Part shown: positions 51,895 through 63,409 of the stretch, in pieces | Layout of the letters: every line of letters starts with the position of its first letter | Numbering within the stretch: position 1 is the first letter of the stretch | DNA from: a virus | Reading direction: 5' to 3' (one strand) | DNA length: 64,000 nt | IMG/VR virus record: IMGVR_UViG_3300009157_000001 | Location: 32,001 to 96,000 of that record | Translations under genes and position numbers: made by a program | Notes under the pieces: generated by a model | The model's database searches: none | Seen by the model: the letters and a program-made list of their open reading frames with translations, nothing else | What the model was told of the DNA's origin: nothing

Positions 51895-52794
51895 CTTTGA
51901 GACAGCATCTTCTTAATTCGGGGCTCCAAAGAATTCCTGATTGCTTTTGCAATCAAAGTTCGGATGTCTCTATTCTGAGCCCTTGAGTAAAGTCTGTCTA
52001 CTGCATTAGCTATTTGCCGGGCAGATAAATTCTTTCTCTTGAGTATCTCTACCGGGTGGGTAATTTTGCCATAGTCTTGGTTCTTTAGTTTAAACCTCAA
52101 ATATAAAGTATCACCTGACATGTGAGCAACCATCAGATCAGGGTTCTTGGAATTCTTACTGATCTCAGGAAACTCTTCTGGTAGATCTATTATATAGGTT
52201 GAATCGGTTACCTGGTTGTAGATCTTACCATTGGAATTCCACTCTCTATGCTCATATCCTGTCAAGTAACTTAGTATAATAACAAGCATAACACATGTGG
52301 ATAAAAAGACATAAGGGATTTTCATAGTGAGTTGGTTTTTAGAGTTAGACTTACAGAAGATTCAAAGCATGTTCTATTGCAATATTGAGTATTGCATATC
52401 GGTCACCGGCTCCCAGATCATCTGCAGGCCCAGGTTTTGGTTTTCCTACTTGCCAGATGAAAGCACGATAACAAGGAGTATTTACACTAGTATTTTCTCC
52501 CCATCCATCTATTATAAGTTCAATATAGATCCCTTTGGTTTCTAACCAGTCAAGAACCTGTTGGTAAAAGGGAGCAGAAATTACAGTTCTATGTGTATCT
52601 CTTATCCAGTTTGTACTTGAATTAGTATAAGTCCTCCATTCACTATCAGTATCCTCATATTCAACACATTCCTGTTTATTATTAAGAAGATGGCCATTTA
52701 CATACTCTGCTATACAAGGTTTATCAAAACCCTTTTTCTTAACTAAAAGAGCCAGCCTGTGTGGAATAAATAAATGTTTCATGTTCTTAGTTTT

Positions 52795-53424
52795 TTAGAA
52801 TAGTAAAGGTAATAATCTGTCAATTCCTAAAGCAAATCCAATCCCTCCATCATATTGTCCTCCACCACATACTTGTTTGGAGGACCCTAGAGAATCACAG
52901 ATGATCTCAAAGCCCTTACCTTCCTTGTAATAGTCCAAGCCTCGGGTTACCTCATAGTTTATCTTGAATAGATCTAACTGGAAGCTTGTATCAAGTAGTC
53001 TCATTGCAGCTACATGTATTGCATCATACAAATCTGTAGGGTTAAGTATCTCAACTCCTAATTGTGTAAATTGTCTATATCTCCCAGCCTGGGGTTTTTC
53101 ACCTCTAAAACACTCCTGGACATAAAACAACTTCACATTCTTCTGGTCCTTAAAGTAAGTACCTGCTAATTTCTGTATTACTGCAGTATATTCAGGTGCT
53201 AGGCACAAGCCCCGGTCTCCCCGGTCTTTAAAGTTGTACATAAGGTTATTGTTCTCTTCTCCTACTTTACCAGAAAAGGTTCCTTGGTGTTGTATAATAG
53301 GAACTGAGATCTCAGTAAATCCATCTCCGATTAAGAGAGCAACCATTCTTTGGATCATCTCTCTCTTTTTATTACCTAGAAGGATCCTGGTGCCTTTGTA
53401 GCATGTCTCTTTGATTTCTTTCAT
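52795..53424 (-). CDS. Minimal histidyl-tRNA synthetase catalytic domain
   Basis: KGT, PEYT, FRGEKPQAGRYRQFTQLGVE (motif 2), RGLDYY, GGGQYD, GFALGIDRL (motif 3); stops right after motif 3. Confidence 0.88.
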   Translation of the reverse strand: MKEIKETCYKGTRILLGNKKREMIQRMVALLIGDGFTEISVPIIQHQGTFSGKVGEENNNLMYNFKDRGDRGLCLAPEYTAVIQKLAGTYFKDQKNVKLFYVQECFRGEKPQAGRYRQFTQLGVEILNPTDLYDAIHVAAMRLLDTSFQLDLFKINYEVTRGLDYYKEGKGFEIICDSLGSSKQVCGGGQYDGGIGFALGIDRLLPLLF

Positions 53425-53444
53425 ACTTAATAATTTAAGTTAAA

Positions 53445-53927
53445 AACTCTGATTAGGTTATCTACCCAGGCCAAACCTGGAAAACTCATATAAGTGTGAG
53501 TACAACTATCCATGTTACCACAGATATTTCTGTTTATCACCAATAGATTCTTTATCTCAGAGCAAGCTCTTATAATAATCTTCTGTGCTTCTGCTGCAGT
53601 AGTTTAGAATGGGAACCCGGTATCTCAACCGGTATTTATCATTCCACCACTTCTGGTTGCCTATGGTTAACCCTAAGACTTAAGGCTTTAACGGGTGTTT
53701 TAAGTCTTTTTGCATTGCTGCCCTACAGCAGAAGACACAGAAGATTTTGTACATTCCCAACAATCAAGGTTGTTTACACCCAGCTCTCCAGCTAGAGAGC
53801 ACTACTGTGCTAATAAATAGTTGAGTCTTTTAGATTGTTGGGTATCTACATAAAAAGCTGCCGGTATTCCTTCAAGCATCAGGGTTCTTTTGAAACCACT
53901 GACATCGGGCCTGATCCACTGCCGGCT
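53445..53927 (-). ncRNA. Cluster of stem-closed structured elements
   Basis: AATCTTCTGTG-CTTCTGCTG (53577) pairs with CAGCAGAAG-A-CACAGAAGATT (about 53746); CCCAACAATC pairs with GATTGTTGGG. Confidence 0.5.
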
Positions 53928-55981
53928 ACATACCCAGTGGAGGAAATAAAAGATGACTGAGGGCATATGCCTGCTTTTTGCCCAGGTAATGACGCTTTTT
54001 CAATAGAAAAGACCATATCGTCTTTTGGTCTTGCAGTCCCTTTTCAGTCATATATCTTAATGATTTGTTGCCCAGATGTGTGGACAAAGACCATGCCCTG
54101 GATATTCTCTCCAGGAAATTCTCTTTATAATCCAGAACCCTTCTGTCCATTCTTTTCCAGAACTTCCGGTCTTATCTCCCGGTTGAAAGGATTTAGTAAT
54201 ATACTTGGTTATATCACAAGCCCATACCTCATCTTCCTTACTTGGAATCTGTGGAAAAGGCCAGTCTACCTCAAAGGTAGCAACATCCGAGGAAGAGTCC
54301 AGTTTTATAACTTTGAATATTATCTTCATAGTAGTTAGGTATTAGTGAAGTTTTCAAGATCTAGTATGTAACTAACTATATACATCCTCTCATCAATATT
54401 CAGAGTCCGAGAATCTGTCCCTCCTATTAGTTTAGCTACTACAAGGGATCTTTCTAACCCACTCTGAACCAGATGATTTATAAATGCAGTGTTACTCTTG
54501 TCAAGTTTTTCTTTTATCTCATGATCAAAAGGAACCTGGGTAGATGAAATAACCTTTCTCCAATAATTTAAGTCTTTCATGTTCAATAGTTTTGGGGGAT
54601 TAGATACTCGAGTTTTTCATCTATATAAATCTTATAGTCCTGGTTACCATGAAGTTGGCATCCCTGGGATATTGTATAAGTCACTTTCTTACCTAATTTA
54701 GTAGAAAGCCGGTTTATCCAGGTTGTAATACTGAAAGAAAAGTCTTTAATCTTACATTCAGTCCGGACTATCTCAAAAGAACCTCGGGTATCAGTCTCCA
54801 GAGAGATTCTATTAGCCGAGGACCTTATACATTTGTACCAATTCCCACCGTATAATACCTTCTCCTCTTTTAGTCTATGAGCAGAGCACTCACTTTTCTG
54901 AGGTACCCGGAGTCTTCCTGTTTCCAGGAAGCACTCAGAATACTGTTCACCTAATAAAGCTTTGAAAGTTGTATACATAGTTTCTTGGTTATTTGAGTTC
55001 TCCGGAGGCATGGATAACCTTTCCTTCCAGTATCATTTTGACAGGTACAAAATAGAAGGATATACAGTCTTTAGACTGGGTAGTGAGAGTTAAGAAGCTC
55101 TCATCCGGTATGAGTCCTTCAGGTATTTCCTGTATATATTTTTGATCTTCTTCATCATCCTTGCCTTCTGCAGAACCTCCAATTTGATAAGTTTCATCAT
55201 TAAACTTGTGGAAGAATACCCACCGGTCTTTTGTATTGAACAGAAGAGAGAATATCCCATTAGGATGTTCCATTATCCGGTAACCGGTTACTTGCTTAGA
55301 GTTTTTCATGATTTAGTAAGTTTGTTTAGTTTCTTTTGAAGACTTTCCTGGAGTTTGCCCTGGAACTCATCTATATATGCTACTGCCTTCTCATAAGCAG
55401 TCCATGGATCCTTGTATGGGGTAACCAGGACACTACCATGATGGTTATATCTTTTCTGAGATCCCCGGGAACCACTCATATGCCTGAGCAGGATATGTTT
55501 ACCAGTTTGAGTAACATGAAAGATCTTGTACTGGGGCTGGGCCCCGGAAGTAACCTGGATCTTATACTCCTTGTAAAGGTGCTCTCTTATAATCATAAGT
55601 AGTAGAGTTTAAGAGGTTAGTTATAAATGACCCAATCTAATCATTTGAGCAATGTCCGGATCCACATCCTTAAGCAAGTTCTCCATAGCTGCTCTTATCC
55701 CATCATTCCACATTACCTCATCCCCGGTTTGTTCAGACCCCGGATCTCCCACTATCTGAGACCTAAGAGATCTATACTTAATAAGTAATTGTATTATAGG
55801 TATAGAGTATTAAAGAAGTTAGTAATAAGAAGGTGTGCTATATACTGCGCCCAAAACCCATGATTTGAGTGGTTTTGGGGGTTTTGAGGAGTTAGAGGAA
55901 GGGGGAGAGGGAGGGTCTGCCCTCATATTCTCACCTTCTTTTCCCCCAAAATGAAGGAATTTCCCGGTAAAACACCCAGAC

Positions 55982-56684
55982 TCACTCTATCTTCTTACTA
56001 GTTCTCCTTATATATACCAGTTCTGAGTAGGTGAAGTATGCTGGATAAGCTACTGTGGTAGTATAATACTTATATATATCCACCACTATATCCTTATTAT
56101 ATAAGTGATTTACTCTTCCTTTATATAATCCGGTTATTACTTTGATCTCAACCTCTTCTCCCGGGTCTATTCCTATACCAAATACAGGTTTAGTATCTAT
56201 ATCTTCTGATTTCATGGTTATAATCTCCTGATCTTAAGTAATTCATAATTAGTAAATAACCAGGCCTCCTTTACTTCCGGTCTATCCTGTAGTTTTACAA
56301 GTAAAGATATGTCCTTACCATAACATCTATATACACTTCCCCGGACTATCTTGTCTACTGTGGTTACTTGTACCTGGGTACGAAGTTCATACTCCATCCC
56401 GAAGACCGGTCTATCCTCAATGGGATCATTACCAAATGTTGTCATGGATCTATCCGGGTTATACTCCTTATATTCTCTATATCTATTCTTCTGCTACCTC
56501 CAAGGTTAGGAGGAATATCATAGAGTATCAAATAAGACTCTCTTATATAGTATATAATACCCTGGAGTTCTTCACCATAATGTATCTGGCTATCTCTTAT
56601 CTGTATATCTACCATATCCCCTGGTCCATATCCTATACCAAAGATAGGGCCCAGGTCTATGTACTCATCTGAAAATGCATTCAT
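55982..56684 (-). repeat. PVFG family cluster 3 (55982, 56218, 56442)
   Basis: IDTKPVFGIG, PIEDRPVFGME, IDLGPIFGIG. Confidence 0.8.
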
Positions 56685-56881
56685 ATCTTCTTGGTTATCA
56701 AGTTAAAACCGGTAGGTGTACCAGTGACATATCTACTCCAACATTTTTACTCTTACCCCAACTCACAATGCAGGGTAGCCTTGTGTGGGAGCGCATTGTG
56801 TGTGGAGGGTTGCCAATGAGATACCAGGAAGAGGAAAAGGGAGAGGTTTTCCCCTCCCCTTATTCCTTATGATCCAGGGTC

Positions 56882-57268
56882 TTACGACTTGGCCAGATCT
56901 GCAGGTGCTTCCACCGGCACTGATGCAGGAACACCTCCACTGAACAGCTTTGCAGCTGCTGCATTGGCAATGGCCTGTCCCAGGTTACCACCGTACTGTG
57001 CAGCAAGGTTGGCCTGAGCATTGATTTCACTCATGTCTGCAATGTACCGACCTGCAGAAGTCTTCACAATTCCTGCTGATTTGCCAGCAAAACGGGTGGC
57101 GAAGAATAAAGGCTGACCCTTGTCATCTTCCCGGAGATTCTCTCCCTGATCTTTCTTGTACTCAGCAATCTCTGATTCTGAGCCGGACACTGCATAGACA
57201 AACACGTCATTTACATTGCCACTTGGGCTCCTTTTCTTGTAGGAGCTGCGCATTGTTCCTTTTAACAT
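56882..57268 (-). CDS. Hypothetical protein, probably highly expressed
   Basis: 128 aa, Ala/Gly-rich, followed by a hairpin at about 56833-56866. Confidence 0.7.
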   Translation of the reverse strand: MLKGTMRSSYKKRSPSGNVNDVFVYAVSGSESEIAEYKKDQGENLREDDKGQPLFFATRFAGKSAGIVKTSAGRYIADMSEINAQANLAAQYGGNLGQAIANAAAAKLFSGGVPASVPVEAPADLAKS

Positions 57269-58688
57269 GACTTACAATTTTGAGTTAAACTACATATGCA
57301 TTTTGCACATGCACTTCCTGTTCAGGGTTGCATATGGAGATACTGGGCTCAAAAGAGAAAAGCTAGGATAGATCCTAGCTAATTCTCTGATACTCTGTCT
57401 ATTCCGGTCTCTACGAGAACCTGGACAATCTCAGTGCCTACTATGGTAAGTCCATCATTGATGAGGATCTCAGGTTGTTTCTCTTTCATTCCCTGGATCC
57501 AGCCTCTGGCAAAAGCCACTGATGGCAAGATGTTCACCATGTTATAACTATCTGAGAACCTTATTATTCCTATTATCATAGCTTTGGTTTTTTATGGTTT
57601 CTAACTAGTCTTTCTGCATCATAGAAGAATTGACTCATTTGGTTAAAGGTGCCACCGAAGATAATATGTCCATTGGTTGTGAAGTGGATCATCATCTCCG
57701 GATATCTTCCTTTAAGTAAGTTTACTCCCGCATGAGCATGTATACTAACCCTATACTTAATAGAGTAGTATGATCCTTGACTGGTTCTATGTCCCCAGCC
57801 TGGTAATTGTAATAGTCTCTCTATCATCTTATTAAGTGTTAAGGGTTAGTAAATAAGTACTGATGAGCTAAATGCTCACCAGTACACCTGCAACCGGGTT
57901 CAGTTTATAGAACCTTGAGTTGATATCATCAAAGAAGGTATTATCCTGCTCAGTCTCTTTCAATACTGATATAGGTATACCTTTAAGATTGTGGATCCGG
58001 GCCACTCTCTTTCTCATGTTACTGTACCTGAAGATCTTCACTTTGTGAAGAATGCCTTCAATAATGCATGCTGCTATCATGGTTAGTTGGTTTAGGTTAA
58101 ACTTTAATTTGGTTTAGGGTTGCTTTCACAGAACGTAATGAGAAAGCTCTCGGGAGGAAACAGAACATTATTCTGTTTGGAGGTAAAGCACCAGGTTTAG
58201 AACCCGGTGCTTATCCAACAAGCAGCAATCAAGAGAACATCAGCAATGACAGTGACAGGAAGAAGAGGCCTAGTGTGCTTCGTACCTTCGGTCCTTAGGA
58301 CCTGGATGAGACATAGTGTTATCATATAGTTGCAGGTTATTGGTTACTAGACTGTTACTCGAAAAGCAGCATGAGGAGGACGTAGCTAAGAGGACCTCAT
58401 CCCTCTCACCCGCATCGGGTGTCCTTATAAGCTGCTTCTTGGGTGAAGGGATAAGCCCTATTCCCGGGGATACACTTTAGCTCAGGCCGTAATAGTAGGC
58501 ATAGAGCTCATACTCTCTGTTATTCATGATAACTTTTGATTTTAGTTCAGGGTTGAGATTCACATTCTGGGAAAGCATGAGAAGGAGCACAACAAATCTA
58601 AGTCTCTTCCCAGAGAGAAGACTTGTTCTGTGCCATGAACTTTTTTCCTCAAGGACCTAATAGATAAGATCCTGATCCAGAGAAGGCA

Positions 58689-58735
58689 GGGGGTAGGGCC
58701 GGTTGGGGGAGAGAGCGGGGGGTTTGCGGGTGGGG
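58689..58735 (+). other. G-quadruplex-forming tract at the strand switch
   Basis: G5-TA-G3-CCGGTT-G5-AGAGAGC-G6-TTTGC-G3-T-G4. Confidence 0.6.
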
Positions 58736-58812
58736 AGTAGTGACATTCTCTACTTCAGATAAAACCTCCCCTAGAATTTTGATATAAGGTTTATACCCCT
58801 TACCTTTAGAAG

Positions 58813-59631
58813 ATGGGGTATAAAAAAATTTCTGGGATATACCTGATAAGAAATCTTCTGAATAGGAAGGTTTATGTAGGATCTTCTGTGAGCATAAAGA
58901 AACGGTGGCTTAATCATAGGAAGATACTAAAAGAAGGACTTCACCATAATACTCATCTTCAGTCTTCCTGGAAGAAGTATAGAGAGAACCTCTTTGATTT
59001 TTCTATAGTGGAGCTGTGTTCCCAAGAGGAGTTTGTAGATAAAGAAAGCTACTGGATAAGGTTTTATAAGTCTTTGGACCGGGCTCATGGTTATAATGCA
59101 GTGATCCCGGATTCTCCTAAAGTTTATGTTAAGAGAATTGTAAAAGCCAAAGCTCAGATACAGAAAGTTATAGTTTGTATAGAGATCAAAACCGGGGTTT
59201 TACAAAGAAGAACTCGTCTGGATATAGAAAAGGATTTGGGAATCCCTCCCAAACGTGTTGGAAGAGTTTTGGATTACTGGATTTCTTCTTCTAAAAAGTA
59301 TCTAAAAAGAAGTTATAAAGGGTATCTTTTTATAAGAAGTGAAGAATACATTCCAGATTTTGATTATATAAACTATCACAAAAGTTCAAAGAAGAGAGTA
59401 AAATCAAACCCTCTCCCAAGATTAAAGAAGATATACAAGCCTGTATCTGAGTATAATATAAAAAGAATTCCTATAATAGCTCAGAATGTAGAAACTGGAC
59501 AGGAACAAACCTTCCCGAGTATTGAGAATTGTATAAACTCTCTAAAGCTTCTTCCTAGAAGAGTATATGAGGCTCTTGCAAAGAACTTTAAGGTCCGGAG
59601 TCACAGAGGATTTTATTTTAGAAAAGCCTAA
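58813..59631 (+). CDS. GIY-YIG homing endonuclease
   Basis: SGIYLIRN...VYVGSS...R...H..HLQ...E...GYN; C-terminal NUMOD1-like FPSIENC. Confidence 0.88.
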   Translation: MGYKKISGIYLIRNLLNRKVYVGSSVSIKKRWLNHRKILKEGLHHNTHLQSSWKKYRENLFDFSIVELCSQEEFVDKESYWIRFYKSLDRAHGYNAVIPDSPKVYVKRIVKAKAQIQKVIVCIEIKTGVLQRRTRLDIEKDLGIPPKRVGRVLDYWISSSKKYLKRSYKGYLFIRSEEYIPDFDYINYHKSSKKRVKSNPLPRLKKIYKPVSEYNIKRIPIIAQNVETGQEQTFPSIENCINSLKLLPRRVYEALAKNFKVRSHRGFYFRKA

Positions 59632-59902
59632 GAATCGCTATATTTGTCTTTTATGACTGATATGACCCTTTCTGAGTTTATTACTCTTTCTACTGCCAGG
59701 GATAACTCAGACGGGTCCTGGTCTGTTGGTATTATCCTCTCTACCGGTCAGCCTAGTACTTTAACTATCCAGAACTGTTCCTCAGAGTTTGATGCCAAGG
59801 AGAGGTCTTTTCTTTACCTGAGGAGTTTGATATATAAGGAATAGTTTGTAGATTTGACTTGACCATCGAGCAATTAAGCCATGGTATTAATCTATCCAAA
59901 CT

Positions 59903-60217
59903 ATGAAAAGCAGAATATCTATTGATGTTGATCAGGACAACCAACCTATCATCAAGATTGATCATGTTCACTCAGCGGATGTGAGAGATAAATTAGTAAA
60001 GAAGTTCCTGGAAGCTTTTGGTACCATGTCTTCCTGGTGCAAAGTAGATTTTAATCCCATCTACCAAGACCCTTCCAGAGACTGGGATGTGAACACGGTA
60101 CATATAAGGCCCATATCCCCGGCAGAGCTCCCTGAACATATTGCTGGTATGGCAGAGTCCGAGACTTTAAGACAAGATTTCTTTAAACTTCAAAACAATG
60201 AGTCTAAGAAAAAGTAA
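59903..60217 (+). CDS. Hypothetical protein
   Basis: 104 aa ORF in the plus-strand arm. Confidence 0.6.
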   Translation: MKSRISIDVDQDNQPIIKIDHVHSADVRDKLVKKFLEAFGTMSSWCKVDFNPIYQDPSRDWDVNTVHIRPISPAELPEHIAGMAESETLRQDFFKLQNNESKKK

Positions 60218-60353
60218 GGGTAAGCCCCGGGATGTCCAGGTTAGGATCCAGAAACTGGAAAAGGAACTGGACAAGCTTTATGAGAAGAAGAGGAAAGATA
60301 CTCTCATTGGGTTCCGGACCCCTGGGGATAATAGGTAATTCCCTATTTATTTC

Positions 60354-60361
60354 TAACTTTG
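60354..60361 (+). promoter_or_regulatory. Bacteroidota -7 box TAACTTTG
   Basis: 7 nt upstream of the ATG at 60369. Confidence 0.5.
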
Positions 60362-60368
60362 ATCTTCC

Positions 60369-61754
60369 ATGGCTACATTCATATATACTAGGGTAACTTT
60401 CTCAGCACTTCTCTATCTTAACCAGTCTAATCAGGCTCTGGTTGGGACTAGATACATCACCCCTGATGAGTTTTTACATGAAGGTCAACCAGACGGTACT
60501 ACTAAAAAGATTAGACAAGGTGCTGAGGCCTTTGTTGAGGATACTACATTAGATGCTCCCAGATCTTCTGTGGAGCCACCTGGACAAATACCTTTTTCTT
60601 ATTCTAGTTCCGGGGTTGTTTCAAATCATATAGCTGGAGAGAATATCCCAGCAGGAAGAGTAGTCTCTCTTATAAATGGAAGAGTGTATCTATTCAATCC
60701 ATCCAATACTAGTAACAGTTCCCGGGCAATAGGAGTATCCAAGGTTCTTGCTTGTAATGGTAAAAACTGTATTGTGATAAGAATGGGACAGCATATCTCA
60801 GCTACTAATCCTTTTACCACAAATTCTATTTACTATGCTACAGCTTACGGAGTTCTATCAACTATCCCCGATCCTAATATAACTCTTGAGGTAGCAATAG
60901 CAAGAAATGATCATACTTTAGAAGTTGCTCTTAATTTTACCCCAGCTCCTCTTGCTACTAACCTGGGTATATCAAATAGAACAGCTACTACTTTAGATAT
61001 AACCAGTTCTACTGGCACAAGTGCCACTGTTCCAGAAGCTTCTATCACAGAAGCAGGTCTTTTAAATGCCTCAGATAAAATCCAACTCAACAACTTAGCA
61101 ACAGATCTATCTTCCAAACTTGTTAAGGCATCTAATCTCTCAGATCTTACTAATGTATCAGATGCCAGAACTAATCTTGGTCTTGTAATAGGAACAGATG
61201 TACAGGCTTATGATCCCTCACTATCTTCAATAGCAGGAGTATCTTGGGTTCAGGGTGATGTTCCCTACTTCAGTGGAGTAGATACTGCAGCTGCTCTGGC
61301 TAAAGATACGGGAACATCCCGGTTTATAAAGAACTCCGGGGCAAGCAACAACCCGGCATGGGCACAACCTGCAACAACAGATCTTTCAGATGTAACCACA
61401 TGGACCGATTATAGCGCAACATCGACTATATCCGGGTGGAGTTCTTTTACCACAAAGATACTCCGGTATCATGTAATGGGGAAAACTGTTATTTATTTTT
61501 GGTATATCTCGGGGACATCAAATTCCGTCAGTAAATCCTACACAATAGCACAAATAGGAGTATCATTTGGAGGCGGTCAGAATGAAGCTGCAGGGTTTTC
61601 TGTTAATAATGGCACAACAAGTGCATCCGTAGGGTATCTCAATCTACCAGCCAATAGCAGTACAGCAAATGTGTACGCTACAGGAGCTGGGTCAAACTGG
61701 ACAGGTTCCGGCACAGCAACATCTACTGGAGTGGTAACACTGGGAATACAATAA
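60369..61754 (+). CDS. Putative tail fibre or virion structural protein
   Basis: S/T/G-rich; NLSDLTNVSDARTNLGL and GTDVQAYD fibre-type repeats. Confidence 0.7.
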   Translation: MATFIYTRVTFSALLYLNQSNQALVGTRYITPDEFLHEGQPDGTTKKIRQGAEAFVEDTTLDAPRSSVEPPGQIPFSYSSSGVVSNHIAGENIPAGRVVSLINGRVYLFNPSNTSNSSRAIGVSKVLACNGKNCIVIRMGQHISATNPFTTNSIYYATAYGVLSTIPDPNITLEVAIARNDHTLEVALNFTPAPLATNLGISNRTATTLDITSSTGTSATVPEASITEAGLLNASDKIQLNNLATDLSSKLVKASNLSDLTNVSDARTNLGLVIGTDVQAYDPSLSSIAGVSWVQGDVPYFSGVDTAAALAKDTGTSRFIKNSGASNNPAWAQPATTDLSDVTTWTDYSATSTISGWSSFTTKILRYHVMGKTVIYFWYISGTSNSVSKSYTIAQIGVSFGGGQNEAAGFSVNNGTTSASVGYLNLPANSSTANVYATGAGSNWTGSGTATSTGVVTLGIQ

Positions 61755-61774
61755 CATAATAAACCAAAAAAACT

Positions 61775-62338
61775 ATGAAAACATTTATTGGAACAGAAGT
61801 AACAGAAGTAATCCAAGCAGTTGCCGAGGATAAAATGCAAAAAATAACTATTCACAACCTTTCTATTATTGACCTGAATGTTGATGTGTGGATTGAAGAC
61901 GAGCAAGGGGTAAAATCCTCCATTCGGGAACAGGGAGAATCTGCTATCCATGCTGCCCGAGGACATGCCAACTATGAGTTCAGTATTAAGACAGGAGGGA
62001 AATTACTGGCAAAAGCGGAGAAGGAAGACTCTGTTATTATTGAAATCATTGATTTTACAAAGGAAGAGTTGGAAATTAAGATTACTCAAATAGAAAAGAG
62101 GATTCAGGATAGGAAATTAGAGGGAATAAAAATGAGTAAAGAGATCAGTTCTCAAGTACAACAGTATGAAACAGGTATTCTTTTTCTGGAAGAAGATTAC
62201 ATAAAGAAGAAACAACAGCATCGGGATTCTATTGCTTCTCTTACAGCAAATAAGGTTAGTTTAGATAATTCAATCTTGGTAAATGAGGAGAATGATCTAA
62301 AAGAAATAGAAATGTACAGGTCTCAAATTAAACCTTGA
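61775..62338 (+). CDS. Hypothetical protein
   Basis: 187 aa with a coiled-coil C-terminus. Confidence 0.6.
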   Translation: MKTFIGTEVTEVIQAVAEDKMQKITIHNLSIIDLNVDVWIEDEQGVKSSIREQGESAIHAARGHANYEFSIKTGGKLLAKAEKEDSVIIEIIDFTKEELEIKITQIEKRIQDRKLEGIKMSKEISSQVQQYETGILFLEEDYIKKKQQHRDSIASLTANKVSLDNSILVNEENDLKEIEMYRSQIKP

Positions 62339-62439
62339 GGAGATCCAATTTAATAGAAATATCCAAGTTTCTAGGAAATTATAAGAAAGTTTGCAGAAAA
62401 GACTTATATTTGCTATATTGTATGTAAAATCTATTTATC

Positions 62440-63279
62440 ATGGGACTAGAAAAGAATACCTACGGGGGCAAAGGAGATAGTGTCAGTTTCAAGATCAGGG
62501 TACTTAAACTTCTGGCTGCTATAGGAACCTCTGGGGGAGGAAGTGCCACAGAAGCTACTCTCTTACAGGTCTTAACTGCCCTTCAGAATATAGATATTAG
62601 TGTAGATAATATCGAGATTGATGCAGACCAGATCAATCTTAACACCGATACCCTGGAGGCCCTGATTGCTGCATCCAATGCCTTACTCACCACAATAGAT
62701 ACTTCCCTCAATAATATCGAGTCTGACTCTGCGGCTATCCTCTCTGGAATAACCGGGGTTGGGGGTACAAATTTCTTTCTTGCTTCTCTTGATGGTAATA
62801 CAGTTTCTATTCTAACAGAGGTTACTGCTATTGATGCAGGCATAAATGGAGTAGGAGGGGTTATTGACAAGTTAAGCACAGCAAACATTTCTCTTAGTGT
62901 ATTAGATGATTGGGATGAAAGTGACCGGGCAAAGGTGAATCTTATTGTAGGACAAGTAGGTGTTGCAGGAGGAACAGGGGTAGATGCAGCAAATGTTATA
63001 AGAGTATCATTAGCAACAGACGTGCCTTTGCCGGCATTTGCATCAGGTACAGAAACCCCTACTGCTTCTATTGCAACAGATAGTACTGGTTCTCCTGTGA
63101 CAGCCGGGAAAAAAGCAGTAATATTTACTACCGATGCAACTTTTGCTGGCACTATATTAGGAGTTGCGAGAAATCCAAATACTTCTTATCCCTTTGAGGT
63201 TACAAATCCTGGTGCTACTCTTGCTGCAATTGCTTATACTGTAACTGCAGGAAGTATGACTATTGATGTACAAGTTTAA
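62440..63279 (+). CDS. Putative virion structural protein
   Basis: ATEATL motif, I/D heptads and a beta-rich C-terminus; TATATTTG box at 62405-62412. Confidence 0.55.
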   Translation: MGLEKNTYGGKGDSVSFKIRVLKLLAAIGTSGGGSATEATLLQVLTALQNIDISVDNIEIDADQINLNTDTLEALIAASNALLTTIDTSLNNIESDSAAILSGITGVGGTNFFLASLDGNTVSILTEVTAIDAGINGVGGVIDKLSTANISLSVLDDWDESDRAKVNLIVGQVGVAGGTGVDAANVIRVSLATDVPLPAFASGTETPTASIATDSTGSPVTAGKKAVIFTTDATFAGTILGVARNPNTSYPFEVTNPGATLAAIAYTVTAGSMTIDVQV

Positions 63280-63409
63280 TTTTCTGGAACAATAAATCCA
63301 GAAGGGCTTACATCTATCACAGTAGCATTTGCAACTACTAAGTAATTATAACAGCCCAAATACTAACAGACGAAGATAAGATACGCCGGTCATTTATAAA
63401 ACCATAACT

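Noticed and set aside
4065-52345. Recurrent (CT)AAAACCAATAA motif upstream of minus-strand starts
   Set aside because: Best explained as the ordinary A-rich, Shine-Dalgarno-less Bacteroidota translation-initiation context
149-58080. Most plus-strand ORFs in the minus-strand arm (for example 8487-8924, 13212-13607, 24588-25061, 41738-41989)
   Set aside because: Antisense shadows of real genes or RNAs with no recognisable motifs
60369-61754. Tail fibre as a DGR target
   Set aside because: I saw no match to TR-A or TR-B in its 3' region
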